From positions 4,736,001-4,800,000 of the forward strand of contig OZ242320.1 in NCBI GenBank assembly GCA_965208125.1: a stretch of 64,000 nucleotides of DNA, read 5' to 3'. The notes beneath the pieces are model-generated. The model made no database searches. It was given only the letters and a program-made list of their open reading frames with translations, and was not told where the DNA came from. Made by a program: the position numbers and the translations under genes. The stretch's first letter is position 1. Each line of letters opens with the position of its first letter. Source of the DNA: Candidatus Latescibacterota bacterium. GTDB lineage: Bacteria > Latescibacterota > UBA2968. Positions 20,963 to 30,962 of this stretch are shown one piece after another.

Positions 20963-21220
20963 ATGTTCTTTGAAGTAACATGTGTCCTTGGTGTTCCTGG
21001 CAATGATCCCCAATTTATATGGGTGATACGAGATAAAGAACTAGGTGACACTAGAATTGCAAGGTCTATGATTGTGTTTGATACAAGGGAGGCTTGCGAT
21101 AGAGAAATGCAAACCGTTAAGCAGAGAATGTGGAGTTACCCCGCTTTAGTGGATAATGTAGAACTTTCAACCCCCTCATCCTTTGCCCGTTTGGATAAAG
21201 GGCGATGGCACCAGGCATAA
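20963..21220 (+). pseudogene. Small DUF1508/YegP-like ORF whose 3' end is interrupted by the IS3 derivative
   Basis: RBS GGAGGAG; F.W.IR...IARS..FDTREACDREMQTVK pattern; IS terminal repeat begins at 21131 inside the ORF. Confidence 0.45.
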
Positions 21221-21654
21221 TACCCGCTCTTTGAGACACCCAGCACTTGGCATAGCATGGTGATCGGATAGATGGCCTGATGCGCCTTTATATATCTGAA
21301 GATTTTGGGGGTATCGCATCGGTCTCCGCTGCGAACCAGGCCGCGGCTTTTGCAAGGATCTCGCGCTCTTGTCGTAAGCGTTTATTTTCTCTGCGAAGCC
21401 TTTGAAGCTCTACGCGCTCACGGCTTGTCAACCCATCGTCTCGACGGCCTTCATCGCGGTCGGCTTGACGTACCCAGGCACTGATCGTCTGCGCTGTCGG
21501 CTCAAACTCTTTGGCTAAATCGTTGGCACTACGACCCGATCTGACCAGATCGACCATTTGCTGGCGAAATGCTGCTGGATATGATCTTTTTCTTCCCATT
21601 GTGGACTCCTTTCTCTGAAAGAGATAAGTTGTCCACTAAAACGGGTCAAGTCCA
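21131..21654 (-). mobile_element. Internally deleted (non-autonomous) IS3-family element, 524 bp
   Basis: Terminal inverted repeats TGGAGTTACCCCGCTTTAGTGGATA (21131-21155) and TGTCCACTAAAACGGGTCAAGTCCA (21630-21654); intact orfA plus only the first ~45 codons of orfB (YPITMLCQVLGVSKSGYYAW). Confidence 0.88.
21288..21599 (-). CDS. IS3-family transposase OrfA (HTH)
   Basis: RSYPAAFRQQMVDLV...LRRENKRLRQEREILAKAAAWFA; RBS AAGGAG. Confidence 0.9.
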   Translation of the reverse strand: MGRKRSYPAAFRQQMVDLVRSGRSANDLAKEFEPTAQTISAWVRQADRDEGRRDDGLTSRERVELQRLRRENKRLRQEREILAKAAAWFAAETDAIPPKSSDI

Positions 21655-21758
21655 GTCTCGCATACAAACTTGATCTGGGGATAGTTCATACAGTATTTTT
21701 CTCGTTGTCATCACATTTATCACAATATAACTGACTATTCATCTTCAACTTCACACAG

Positions 21759-23351
21759 CTACATTCCCCACACGGTGACCTTCGCATCTCCTATGCCCTC
21801 CTCTCGGCGGAATATCTTGTCGTTCCACGACTTGCCAGTGGTGCGGTCAAAGACCACGAGATGGCCTTCAGTCGCGGCGCAGCGATCCATGTAGGCGCGG
21901 GTCTGTTCAAGGCCCTCGCGCACTGTCTGATCTAAGCTCTTGTAAAGCAATTTGCATTCGATCACCACCCGCTGTACCGATTGAAAAGGTTGAGCATCCC
22001 CGGGTGCTGGCCACAGAATCAGCAGGTCTGTACGCATGCGTCCCAATCCATACTCCCGCTCAATCCGTCCGCCACTGTTGACAATGCGCTGGAGGAACGC
22101 CTGTAGCAGTAACTGAGGACCGGCTTCTTTGTACTGAAAACGTTCGACCCAGTGTTCTGAGTGTTCGCGGAAGAATGACTGAAATGCGGTCAGCAGTTTG
22201 TCCACTTGAAGACGTCTACCCTTATCCACATACCAGGCAGGATCGTGGTGAAGACCCGCCTCCGTCGCATACGTGAGGTCGCGTGGGATCACTTCCTGGT
22301 AAATGGGATTAGCTATGCTGAGAGGATTTTGTTGGCGCACCAGACCCAGATCCCGAACATACTCAATATCCCGCGCCGAAAAATCGCGTTCATCTCTGCC
22401 GCTCAGCAGTGGCTCAATAACGCGCCGAACACGTTCCTCCTGGAGCTTGTCGGTGAGTTGGTCAAGGTGGGTCTCGCGGCGTAGGATGAGTTCCTCCCGC
22501 GCATCGCATATCGCGTTGGCTGTAACAGGCTGGCTGCGATCCCGCCTGGCCTTGTTCTTAAAGCAGGCTTCGTACGCCAGAGCATTCACCAGCCAAGGCT
22601 GACCTTGGGTAAGTTTCCATACTTCGTCCAGGGCATCCTCAGTCCAAGCTTGTCCGGTCTCCTCGGTATGTTGCGTCAGCAGATTTTGCACATCGTCCGC
22701 TGTGAAATCACCGAGTCGCAGGGACTCCGCTTTGATGTTAAACGCGCTACCGCCAGCGATGATGGCGTTTTCTGCGGTGGAGTGAATGCGATAGTCGCGC
22801 ACATCTCGCACACCGCACAGGATGACACTTTGCGGGAAACGCTGTGGTCGTTGCGGGTACCCTGCACGAAGTTGCCGCAGCACGGATAGGAGCGTGTCTC
22901 CGACCAGTGCGTCAATCTCGTCAATCATCAGTACGAGCGGCGTGGTATCGTTCGCGGCCCAAAGCATTAGCACATCCTGAAGTGCATCGTGTGGACCTAC
23001 CTCTTCGAGGGTATCTCGCCACACCTTCTTCACGAAGTGGTCACCTAAAATATATTCCGCCTCACGAGCCAGTTGGCTGAGTATGGCCCGCATGGCTGCT
23101 TCCACATCTTCGCGAGCCGGTTGGGCAGTCTCGACGTTTATGTAAGCACAACGATACTGCCCGCTTTCGTTTAGTTCTTCCATCAGTGCCAGCATTGCGG
23201 ATGTCTTACCCGTCTGCCGGGGAGCGTGTAGCACGAAGTATTTTTCTTGATGAATCAGAGGTAGGACTTCATCAATGTCGATTCGTTCCAATGGCGGGAC
23301 ATAGTAGTGAATATCTGGCTTGATAGGACCGGCTGTGTTGAAAAAACGCAT
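21759..23351 (-). CDS. AAA-like ATPase with C-terminal PD-(D/E)XK-like domain
   Basis: MRFFNTAGP start, Walker A APRQTGKT, Walker B LMIDEID, EREYGLGRMRTDL..VIECK. Confidence 0.85.
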   Translation of the reverse strand: MRFFNTAGPIKPDIHYYVPPLERIDIDEVLPLIHQEKYFVLHAPRQTGKTSAMLALMEELNESGQYRCAYINVETAQPAREDVEAAMRAILSQLAREAEYILGDHFVKKVWRDTLEEVGPHDALQDVLMLWAANDTTPLVLMIDEIDALVGDTLLSVLRQLRAGYPQRPQRFPQSVILCGVRDVRDYRIHSTAENAIIAGGSAFNIKAESLRLGDFTADDVQNLLTQHTEETGQAWTEDALDEVWKLTQGQPWLVNALAYEACFKNKARRDRSQPVTANAICDAREELILRRETHLDQLTDKLQEERVRRVIEPLLSGRDERDFSARDIEYVRDLGLVRQQNPLSIANPIYQEVIPRDLTYATEAGLHHDPAWYVDKGRRLQVDKLLTAFQSFFREHSEHWVERFQYKEAGPQLLLQAFLQRIVNSGGRIEREYGLGRMRTDLLILWPAPGDAQPFQSVQRVVIECKLLYKSLDQTVREGLEQTRAYMDRCAATEGHLVVFDRTTGKSWNDKIFRREEGIGDAKVTVWGM

Positions 23352-23611
23352 TGCTTGCACCTTAGTGATTGAACTTCGCAATACAGGTGAATCGCAAAAT
23401 GGGTTGATCTGAGCATTGTATTTCTTTTGTCCTGTGGCAAGATAACCCAAATTCAAAAGGGTGTCAATAAACCGCCTTTAATCACAAGGCGATATACAAC
23501 AAAAACCCTCGCCACTTAAACTCCTTGACAGTCAAGAGCATATCTCAGAATTTTAATCTCTATGCAAGACCGAGATTAAAGAAGACAATTTGTAGAGGAG
23601 GCGTTTACAGT

Positions 23612-24730
23612 ATGGAAAAGGTGAGAGTTGGTATTATTGGCATTGGCGGGAGAGGGAGCGGTCACGCGAAGTATTTTGCGGAGGGGGATATTCCGCATGG
23701 AGAATTGACTGCGGTCTGCGATGTCGATCCGGATAGGATTCAGTGGGCGCGTGAAACCCTCGGGGAAAATGTGCGTACATTCGACAATGGCGATGATCTG
23801 ATCACGTCGGGAGCTGTTGATGCGATTATTGTGGCGACACCGCATTACGATCATCCGACTTATGCAATAAAGGGATTTGAGAACGATTTGCATGTTTTGA
23901 TCGAGAAACCCGCAGGTGTATATACGAGGCAAGTCTATGAGATGAATGAGGCCGCTGAAAAAAGTGGCAAAGTATTTGCCCTGATGTTCAATCAGAGAAC
24001 CCGCCCACACCATCAAAAATTGCGAGAATTGGTGGCTTCTGGCGAATTGGGAGATATTCAGCGCACGAATTATCTCGTCACAAACTGGTTTCGCGCTCAA
24101 AGTTATTACGATAAGGGCGAATGGCGCGCGACCTGGTCGGGTGAAGGGGGCGGTGTGTTGATGAATCAGTGTCCTCATAATTTGGATCTGTGGCAGTGGA
24201 TCTGCGGGATGCCCTCGCGCGTACGCGCTTTTATTAGCTATGGCAAATATCACGATATTGAGGTGGATGACGATGTCACTGCGTATGTGGAGTACGACAG
24301 CGGTGCGACGGGCGTGTTCATTACCACAACCGGAGAGTTTCCCGGAAGCAATCGCCTGGAGATAGCGACGGATCGCGGCAAGGTGGTTATGGAAGGCAAT
24401 AAAATTGTGTGGTGGCGTTCAAATGTTTCTCTGAGCGAGTTTTCTCGGGGATATACGGGCGGCTTTGGAAAGCCGAAAGCGGAAAAACTCGATATCCCTC
24501 TCGGCGAAGATGGCGGGGCGCACCGCGGTATCATTAACAATTGGTGTGATGCCATATTGAACGGGAGTCCACTGCTCGCGCCCGGGGTTGAGGGAATTCA
24601 CGGGGTTGAATTGTCAAATGCGATGCTTTTGTCATCATGGCTGGACGATTGGGTCGATATTCCCGTTGATCGGGATCTGTATTTTGAAAGATTACAAGAA
24701 AAAATTCAAAATTCGCAGCAGGGGACTTAA
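23612..24730 (+). CDS. Gfo/Idh/MocA family oxidoreductase
   Basis: GIIGIGGRG, HVLIEKP, GGGVLMNQCPHNLD; RBS GGAGG. Confidence 0.9.
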   Translation: MEKVRVGIIGIGGRGSGHAKYFAEGDIPHGELTAVCDVDPDRIQWARETLGENVRTFDNGDDLITSGAVDAIIVATPHYDHPTYAIKGFENDLHVLIEKPAGVYTRQVYEMNEAAEKSGKVFALMFNQRTRPHHQKLRELVASGELGDIQRTNYLVTNWFRAQSYYDKGEWRATWSGEGGGVLMNQCPHNLDLWQWICGMPSRVRAFISYGKYHDIEVDDDVTAYVEYDSGATGVFITTTGEFPGSNRLEIATDRGKVVMEGNKIVWWRSNVSLSEFSRGYTGGFGKPKAEKLDIPLGEDGGAHRGIINNWCDAILNGSPLLAPGVEGIHGVELSNAMLLSSWLDDWVDIPVDRDLYFERLQEKIQNSQQGT

Positions 24731-24731
24731 A

Positions 24732-25883
24732 ATGGTACCGAGTATTGCGGCATTGGATGAAGCGGCTGAAAAACCCGTTCTGGTCTTGAGTGGGCTGAAT
24801 GAGCCGGTTGTGATCGAATCCATTCAGTTGCTCAAAGATGAGCGGGAGTATTACTTGCATGTGCGTTCTATAGATGGCGCGGAAGGTCTGGCATTTACGA
24901 ATGGGCGGGCGCAATACGTGTATCCGATTCTCAATAAATTGGTGATTCCCTATTTTATTGGCAAAGATGCCCGCGATCTCGAAGACCATCTGTGGGGCGT
25001 GTATCGCCACAGCAGCAATTACAAATTGCAGGGATTGGCTTTCTGGTGTTGTGTGGCGTGGGTCGAGATGGCGCTGTTGGATTTGCTCGGTCGGATTGCG
25101 CAAAAATCTATTCCCGAACTCCTGGGCGGCGTTGTGCGCGAGTGGGTTCCCTTTTATGTTGCGAGTGGGCGGCGGGATAGCACGCCGGAAGAAGAGGTGG
25201 TTTATTTGCAGAGTCTGATAGATGAGACGGGTGCGCCAGCCGTGAAGTTTAGAATCGGCGGGCGCATGAGTAAAAACGCAGATGCCATGCCCGGTCGAAC
25301 ACCAGATTTGATCGCGTTGTCTCGCAAGGTGCTCGGTGATGAGATCGATATTCACGCGGATTCCAATAGTTCTTACGATTCGCCGCAGGCGATTGAAGTG
25401 GGACGTATGCTCGAAGATATTGGAGCTGTTTATTTTGAAGAACCATGCCCGTTTGATCACCTCGAAGATACAAAGATCGTTGCCGATGCGCTGGACATTC
25501 CCGTTTCTGGGGGCGAACAGGAGTTCAGCGACCGGCGGTTCCGATGGATGATTGCCAATCGCGGTGTGGATATTGTACAGCCCGACCTGCATTATTACGG
25601 AGGGCTTATTCGCTCGACGCGCGTTGCCCGAATGGCTGCTCTGGCCGAGATGCCGACGACCGTACATATTTCTGGTGGTTTTGGGTTTATCTATATGCTT
25701 CACTTTGCCGCCTGTACACCGGATATCGGCCAATATCAGGAATACAAAAGAGGAATTGAGAAATACCGCGAGTGGTTTGATCCTCCACTCGAGATTCGAG
25801 ATGGGCAGATGAGCATTCCCAGGGGGCCAGGGTGTGGGATTGTGGATATTCAGTCTATTATTGACGGTGCGGATCGCTTATAG
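24732..25883 (+). CDS. Mandelate racemase/muconate lactonizing enzyme family protein
   Basis: EMALLDLLGR, KFR, ADSN, FEEP, GGEQ, QPDL. Confidence 0.87.
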   Translation: MVPSIAALDEAAEKPVLVLSGLNEPVVIESIQLLKDEREYYLHVRSIDGAEGLAFTNGRAQYVYPILNKLVIPYFIGKDARDLEDHLWGVYRHSSNYKLQGLAFWCCVAWVEMALLDLLGRIAQKSIPELLGGVVREWVPFYVASGRRDSTPEEEVVYLQSLIDETGAPAVKFRIGGRMSKNADAMPGRTPDLIALSRKVLGDEIDIHADSNSSYDSPQAIEVGRMLEDIGAVYFEEPCPFDHLEDTKIVADALDIPVSGGEQEFSDRRFRWMIANRGVDIVQPDLHYYGGLIRSTRVARMAALAEMPTTVHISGGFGFIYMLHFAACTPDIGQYQEYKRGIEKYREWFDPPLEIRDGQMSIPRGPGCGIVDIQSIIDGADRL

Positions 25884-25896
25884 GACATAACAAATC

Positions 25897-27237
25897 ATGG
25901 AAATGGCACAGCATGGGGGACCGCCGTTGCGCGATGTGGTAGCGGCGAGGCGCTCGCAGAGGGAGACGCGCCGAAATAGCTGGTTGCTGGTGATCAACGG
26001 CGGCATGGTGATGATGGCCTACACGTTTATCAGCGCTGATCTGGTGATGCCAGCATTTGTACAAACGCTGACCACGTCCAGTATTCTGGTCGGGATGGCT
26101 GGCGCACTCATGAGAATGGGGTGGGCCTGGCCGCAAGTTTTTATTTCCCGGGTTATCGAACCTAAACCCCGAAAGATGCCCTTGCTGATCGGCGCGGGCA
26201 TGGCCCGAAGTGCGATGTGGATTCTGGTAGGCGTGATGACCATTTTTTTGGGCGGGTCGAATCCCGCAATTTTTTTGTCTTTGTTTATGGTATTTTACGC
26301 TTTGGGAACGTCGCTGATGGGCGTGATGAATGTGCCGTGGATGGATTTGATGGGCAAGGCGATTCCAGCGTCGCATCGGGCAAAGGTTTTTGCTCTGCGG
26401 CGATTTTCGGGCGGTGTGATGTCGATGGCTGCGGGCGTTCTGATCTCCTATATTTTGAGCGCACAAAGCGGCCTCTCTTTTCCAAATAATTACGCGGTAT
26501 TATTTATGCTCTCTGGTTTGGGCACTGCGCTGGCTGTACTGACATTTGGCAGGATTCACGAACCCATTGAAAAGCGCACACGCGCACAGCTTTCCCTGAA
26601 AAATTATTTGATCAGTGGCCTGAGCCTGATGAAGGAAGATGTGAATTTCAGGCGTTTGTGCATGGTGCAATTTTTGTGGGGCTTTAGCATGATGGGCGGG
26701 CCGTTTTACGTGCCTTATGCGATTTCCGGTCTGGGCATTGGAGCGGTTTATATTGGGTTTTATGTGATTGCGATGCAGTTTAGCTCGGTTTTTTCAAATG
26801 TGGCGTGGGCATGGGTGGGCCGTTATAAAGGCAATCAAGCGTTGTTTTTATATGGAACCTGTCTACTTGCACTGTCTATTCTGGTTCCGATATGTATCGT
26901 GTATGTGCCCAATCACCTCCTCAATTTCTGGGGTACAGAGGTGGATTTAAGAGTTGGGGTGTATGCGTTTACGTTCATTTTTTCTGGCGCGGCACAAAGC
27001 GGCATGTATTCGGGGCGCATGACGTATGTTCTCGATATCGCGCCTGCTGACCGAAGGCCGACTTATACCAGCTTTATGAATATGTTTATGTTTCCGCAGG
27101 GGTTATTGCCCATGCTGGCCGGAGTGCTGGTCGCGTGGATTTCCTACCAGAATTTGTTTCGCATTTCCCTGTTGTTCATTCCATTTGCCGCAATGCTCGC
27201 CTATCAGTTAAAACCCGTTATTCACAGTGAGGAATGA
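25897..27237 (+). CDS. MFS transporter
   Basis: ~12 hydrophobic segments, WMDLMGKAIP..RAK, DIAPADRRPTY. Confidence 0.85.
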   Translation: MEMAQHGGPPLRDVVAARRSQRETRRNSWLLVINGGMVMMAYTFISADLVMPAFVQTLTTSSILVGMAGALMRMGWAWPQVFISRVIEPKPRKMPLLIGAGMARSAMWILVGVMTIFLGGSNPAIFLSLFMVFYALGTSLMGVMNVPWMDLMGKAIPASHRAKVFALRRFSGGVMSMAAGVLISYILSAQSGLSFPNNYAVLFMLSGLGTALAVLTFGRIHEPIEKRTRAQLSLKNYLISGLSLMKEDVNFRRLCMVQFLWGFSMMGGPFYVPYAISGLGIGAVYIGFYVIAMQFSSVFSNVAWAWVGRYKGNQALFLYGTCLLALSILVPICIVYVPNHLLNFWGTEVDLRVGVYAFTFIFSGAAQSGMYSGRMTYVLDIAPADRRPTYTSFMNMFMFPQGLLPMLAGVLVAWISYQNLFRISLLFIPFAAMLAYQLKPVIHSEE

Positions 27238-28601
27238 ATTTCCTCAACGAGGTCTTCTGCCGGATAGGTGAGTATTTCCGATAGTGTGGGGTGGTAATGC
27301 GGGATGCTCATGAGGTCGTGTACTGTGCCGCGAAAGTGCATGATGGCGATGAGTTCGTGAAAGAGTTCGCCCGCTTCTGGGCCGACGATATGCCCACCGA
27401 TGATTTCGCCTGTTTCGGGATGGCAGAGGATTTTGACAAATCCATGGGTTTCCCCCAGGACCATGGATTTGCCGTGGTCGTCAAAGGGATAGGACGCAAC
27501 GCGATAGGGGATGTTTTGCTCGCGGCATTCTTTTTCGGTGAGGCCCACAGACGCAAATTGCGGATCGGTGAAGACCACTTCGGCTTTGAGCCTGTAGTCA
27601 ATGCATTGCTTTTGGGTTCCATCAACGGCGTTGTGACCGGCTATCTCGCCTTGCTGAACGGCGATGTGTACAATTTCGTATAGTCCTGTGCAATCGCCCG
27701 CGGCGTAAATATTGGGCGCGTTGGTACGCATGTGGTGATCCACGAGAATGCGTCCGCGCTCGACGCGTACGCCGGCATTTTCAAGTGCGAGCGATTGGAT
27801 GTCGGGCACGCGCCCCAAAGCATGGAGAATTATGTCTGCTGAAACGCGACGGAGTTTGCCTTTGTGGTGAAAATGGGCGATTTTGGCGTTGTTTTGGGTC
27901 GTGAATTTCTGCAATTGCGTGTCGGTAAAGACTTTCATGCCTTCTTCTCTGAAGCGCGCCTCTACCGGACGTGCGAGGTCTTCGTCCGTGCTGCTGAAAA
28001 TGTGATGGCTGCGTTGAATGAGTGTGGTGCGTGTTCCCAGACGGCAAAAGAATTGTGCAAATTCCGTTGCGACAGGTCCACCGCCTAAGACGATCATCGA
28101 TTCAGGCAATTCCCGCAGTTCAAGTGCTTCATCACTGGTGATATAACCGACTTCTTTCAAGCCGGGAATGGCGATATCGGCAACGGTTGATCCCGTGCTG
28201 ATGATAAAACTTCGCGCGGTGATATTTTGTTTTTCCACTGTGATGGTGTTGCGATTGACGAACTGCGCCGTGCCGTTGACGAGAGTGAATCGCGGATTGC
28301 GCAGTTGCTCGATGCGATAATCTGCAAATTCGCTGACGAGTGCGCGTTTGCGGTCGTTGATTTCGTCGAGATTTGCGCGCAAATTAGAAGCGCGCAGACC
28401 AAATTCTCTGGCGCGACGCATTAAGGACATAATCTCGGATGAGCGCAGAATGGTTTTGGTGGGCATGCAACCGCGCAAGATGCACAGACCACCGAGAGGT
28501 CCTTTGTCAATAATGGCAACTTTTGCGCCGAGTTCTTGTGCCGTACGTGCTGCGGCGTATCCCGCACTCCCGCCGCCTATAACGATAACATCGTAATCCA
28601 T
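27222..28601 (-). CDS. Class I pyridine nucleotide-disulfide oxidoreductase (dihydrolipoamide dehydrogenase/mercuric reductase-like)
   Basis: GGGSAG, GGLCILRGCMPTK redox pair, IYAAGD, HYHPTLSE. Confidence 0.88.
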   Translation of the reverse strand: MDYDVIVIGGGSAGYAAARTAQELGAKVAIIDKGPLGGLCILRGCMPTKTILRSSEIMSLMRRAREFGLRASNLRANLDEINDRKRALVSEFADYRIEQLRNPRFTLVNGTAQFVNRNTITVEKQNITARSFIISTGSTVADIAIPGLKEVGYITSDEALELRELPESMIVLGGGPVATEFAQFFCRLGTRTTLIQRSHHIFSSTDEDLARPVEARFREEGMKVFTDTQLQKFTTQNNAKIAHFHHKGKLRRVSADIILHALGRVPDIQSLALENAGVRVERGRILVDHHMRTNAPNIYAAGDCTGLYEIVHIAVQQGEIAGHNAVDGTQKQCIDYRLKAEVVFTDPQFASVGLTEKECREQNIPYRVASYPFDDHGKSMVLGETHGFVKILCHPETGEIIGGHIVGPEAGELFHELIAIMHFRGTVHDLMSIPHYHPTLSEILTYPAEDLVEEIHSSL

Positions 28602-28790
28602 GGTGATTTCCTTTATGCGTTAGAAGTAAGACGTAAGAGGGCCACCCAACACCACCCAAAAGACGGATGCTTCATCTAACATCCTATGGGGCAGGAACTT
28701 TCACGTCTTACCTCGGGGGAGGTGGGACGGGCTGATTAACTGACAACTTAAAATGTCTCTTTGATTTGAGCAAGGAATTTGGAGGTTTTT

Positions 28791-29867
28791 ATGCATGAAC
28801 TCGTGAATGGTATTGTGCCGATAGAGGCGGGAGAGCAGGAGCGGTTGATTCAGGTTGGTGATTTGAGGGAGACGGCGCAGCGGCTTTATGAAGCGGTTGG
28901 CGTGCCGAGGGCAGATGCGCGGCTGATGGCTGATTTGCAAGTTGAGACAGATGTACGCGGGGTTCACTCACACGGTACGCGGGCTGTGCCGAACTACTTA
29001 AAGCGCATTCAGACTGGTCACACAAACCCAAAACCCGAAATTCGCGTTGTCCGCGAAGGACCCGCGTCGGCAACGGTAGATGGCGATGGGTGTTTGGGAC
29101 ATCTGGCATCGTATCGAGCGATGCAATTGGCAATCGCAAAAGCGAATGATCTGGGGATTGCCGCGACAACGGTTATAAATAGCCGTCACTACGGCGCAGC
29201 GGCTTGTTATGCGACAATGGCATTGGACTGGGATATGATCGGTTTTTGCGTGTCGAGCAGCAGCCGAGGGGTGGCACCTTACGGAGGGATTGATCGGTTG
29301 ATGGGGAATCACGCGCTGGCTTATGCAATTCCGGCGGGTCGAGAATATCCCATTGTTCTGGATATGGCGACGGGACGGTCCGCCTGGGGGCGAGTGGGCA
29401 CTATGCGTTTGTACGGACGAAAATTAGATGGCGAGTGGGTGTTAGATGAGGATGGGCAGGTGACAGACGATCCGGCGCGCGCGCATGCGCTGGTAGCTCC
29501 CGGTGGCGCGAAGGGATCGGGGCTAAATGTGGTGATGGATGTTTTGAGCGGTATTCTGCCTTTTGGCCTGGCAACGGTGAATCGGGAAGATGAATATCAA
29601 GGACAGCGACGGGCCAGTCATTTTTTTCAGGCGATCAAAATTGAGACATTTTGCGATGTGTCGGATTTCAAACGGGAAGTTGATCGGATGATTCAGACGA
29701 TTCGAGCGTCTCGCCCCAAAGAAGGTGTGGATCGCATTTACGTGCCCGGCGAGATTGAGTGGTTAAAAAAGGCGGCCTGGGAAAAGACTGGGATTCCGCT
29801 ACATGAAACCCATGTGGGAGGTTTGGAAAAAGCGGCCGAGGAATTGGGTGTAGAGGTGGCTTTTTAA
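28791..29867 (+). CDS. Ldh_2 family (malate/lactate/ureidoglycolate-type) dehydrogenase
   Basis: RGVHSHG, SRHYGAA, LDMAT, GGAKGSGL, IYVPGEIE. Confidence 0.9.
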   Translation: MHELVNGIVPIEAGEQERLIQVGDLRETAQRLYEAVGVPRADARLMADLQVETDVRGVHSHGTRAVPNYLKRIQTGHTNPKPEIRVVREGPASATVDGDGCLGHLASYRAMQLAIAKANDLGIAATTVINSRHYGAAACYATMALDWDMIGFCVSSSSRGVAPYGGIDRLMGNHALAYAIPAGREYPIVLDMATGRSAWGRVGTMRLYGRKLDGEWVLDEDGQVTDDPARAHALVAPGGAKGSGLNVVMDVLSGILPFGLATVNREDEYQGQRRASHFFQAIKIETFCDVSDFKREVDRMIQTIRASRPKEGVDRIYVPGEIEWLKKAAWEKTGIPLHETHVGGLEKAAEELGVEVAF

Positions 29868-29902
29868 TAGGGGAAGGCAGTCGAGAAGCCCGAGATTCCG
29901 AG

Positions 29903-30961
29903 ATGGATAAAAATAATAAACCGCTGGTCTCAATTATTATTCCCCATTATTTGGGAGATATTCTTTCCGAGTGTCTGGCATTTGTCTATGCGCGGACATT
30001 GGATGTTCCCTTTGAAGTTATTGTGGCAGATGACCAGCCTTATCCCGACGGCAGTCTGGATCGGGCATTGGAGAAGTTTCCAGATATTCGCATTGTGAAG
30101 ACGGGTGGTGGAAATGGGAAGCCGAGCAAGGGGATGGGCGCCGGGTGCAACCGGGGGTTGGAGATTGCAAAGGGCGCGTATGCGATGTTGTTGAATTCGG
30201 ATGTGGAGGTGGGTGAAGGGTGGTTGCCACCGCTGATTGATGCCCTGAAATCCGATCCTGTGATTGGGGCGTGTCAGTCCAGGGTGCGGTCGTTGCAAAA
30301 TCGCAAAATGTTTGATTATGGCGGGGCTGCAGGCGGGCTGATGGACAGATGGGGATTTACGTTTTGTCAGGGCAGGATATTTGAGTTTGTCGAAGAAGAT
30401 GTGGGGCAATACAATCACCCCCGCGATATTTTTTGGGCTATTGGGGGGGCTATGTTTTTGCGTATGGATTGTCTCGATAAAACGGGATTGATCGATGAGG
30501 ACTTTGTGATGTATATGGAAGAGATCGATTTGTCCTGGCGGTTTCACCTCGCGGGATATCGCATCGTCTATGTGCCCGATTCTCTGGTATATCACTACGG
30601 CGGATTTACGCTGGGTGCAGAGAGTTATAAGAAAGCGTATTTGAATCACCGCAATCAGCTCGTGATGTTGTTGAAAAATTTTTCCCTTTTGCGGTTGTTG
30701 TATAAATTTCCGGTTCGCGTCGCTATGGAACTGGCAAATTTGGGTTTGTTGCTAAAGGGCAATTGGAAACATCCCGTTGCGGCGATAGCCGGGCTTTTAT
30801 GGGTGTTGCTGCATCCGTTCAATATCTTGCGGCGGCGGCGAGAATCACAGCGGTTCAGAAGTGTGGGAGATGGCGAGATTGAACGGCGTCTTTTCAAGGG
30901 ATCAGTAGTTTATCACTATTTTATTCGCGGTGCCAAAACGGTGCGTGAGATAGGAGCGTGA
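29903..30961 (+). CDS. Glycosyltransferase family 2
   Basis: VSIIIP, LLNSD, FVMYMEEIDLSWR, VYHYGG. Confidence 0.9.
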   Translation: MDKNNKPLVSIIIPHYLGDILSECLAFVYARTLDVPFEVIVADDQPYPDGSLDRALEKFPDIRIVKTGGGNGKPSKGMGAGCNRGLEIAKGAYAMLLNSDVEVGEGWLPPLIDALKSDPVIGACQSRVRSLQNRKMFDYGGAAGGLMDRWGFTFCQGRIFEFVEEDVGQYNHPRDIFWAIGGAMFLRMDCLDKTGLIDEDFVMYMEEIDLSWRFHLAGYRIVYVPDSLVYHYGGFTLGAESYKKAYLNHRNQLVMLLKNFSLLRLLYKFPVRVAMELANLGLLLKGNWKHPVAAIAGLLWVLLHPFNILRRRRESQRFRSVGDGEIERRLFKGSVVYHYFIRGAKTVREIGA

Positions 30962-30962
30962 A

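Noticed and set aside
24534-25733. Long antisense ORFs (e.g. 399 aa here, 16285-17076, 29930-30649)
   Set aside because: Shadows of well-supported opposite-strand genes with no recognisable motifs.
27222-28601. merA or lpdA gene symbol
   Set aside because: It lacks the C-terminal Cys-Cys of MerA and has no 2-oxoacid dehydrogenase context; left at family level.
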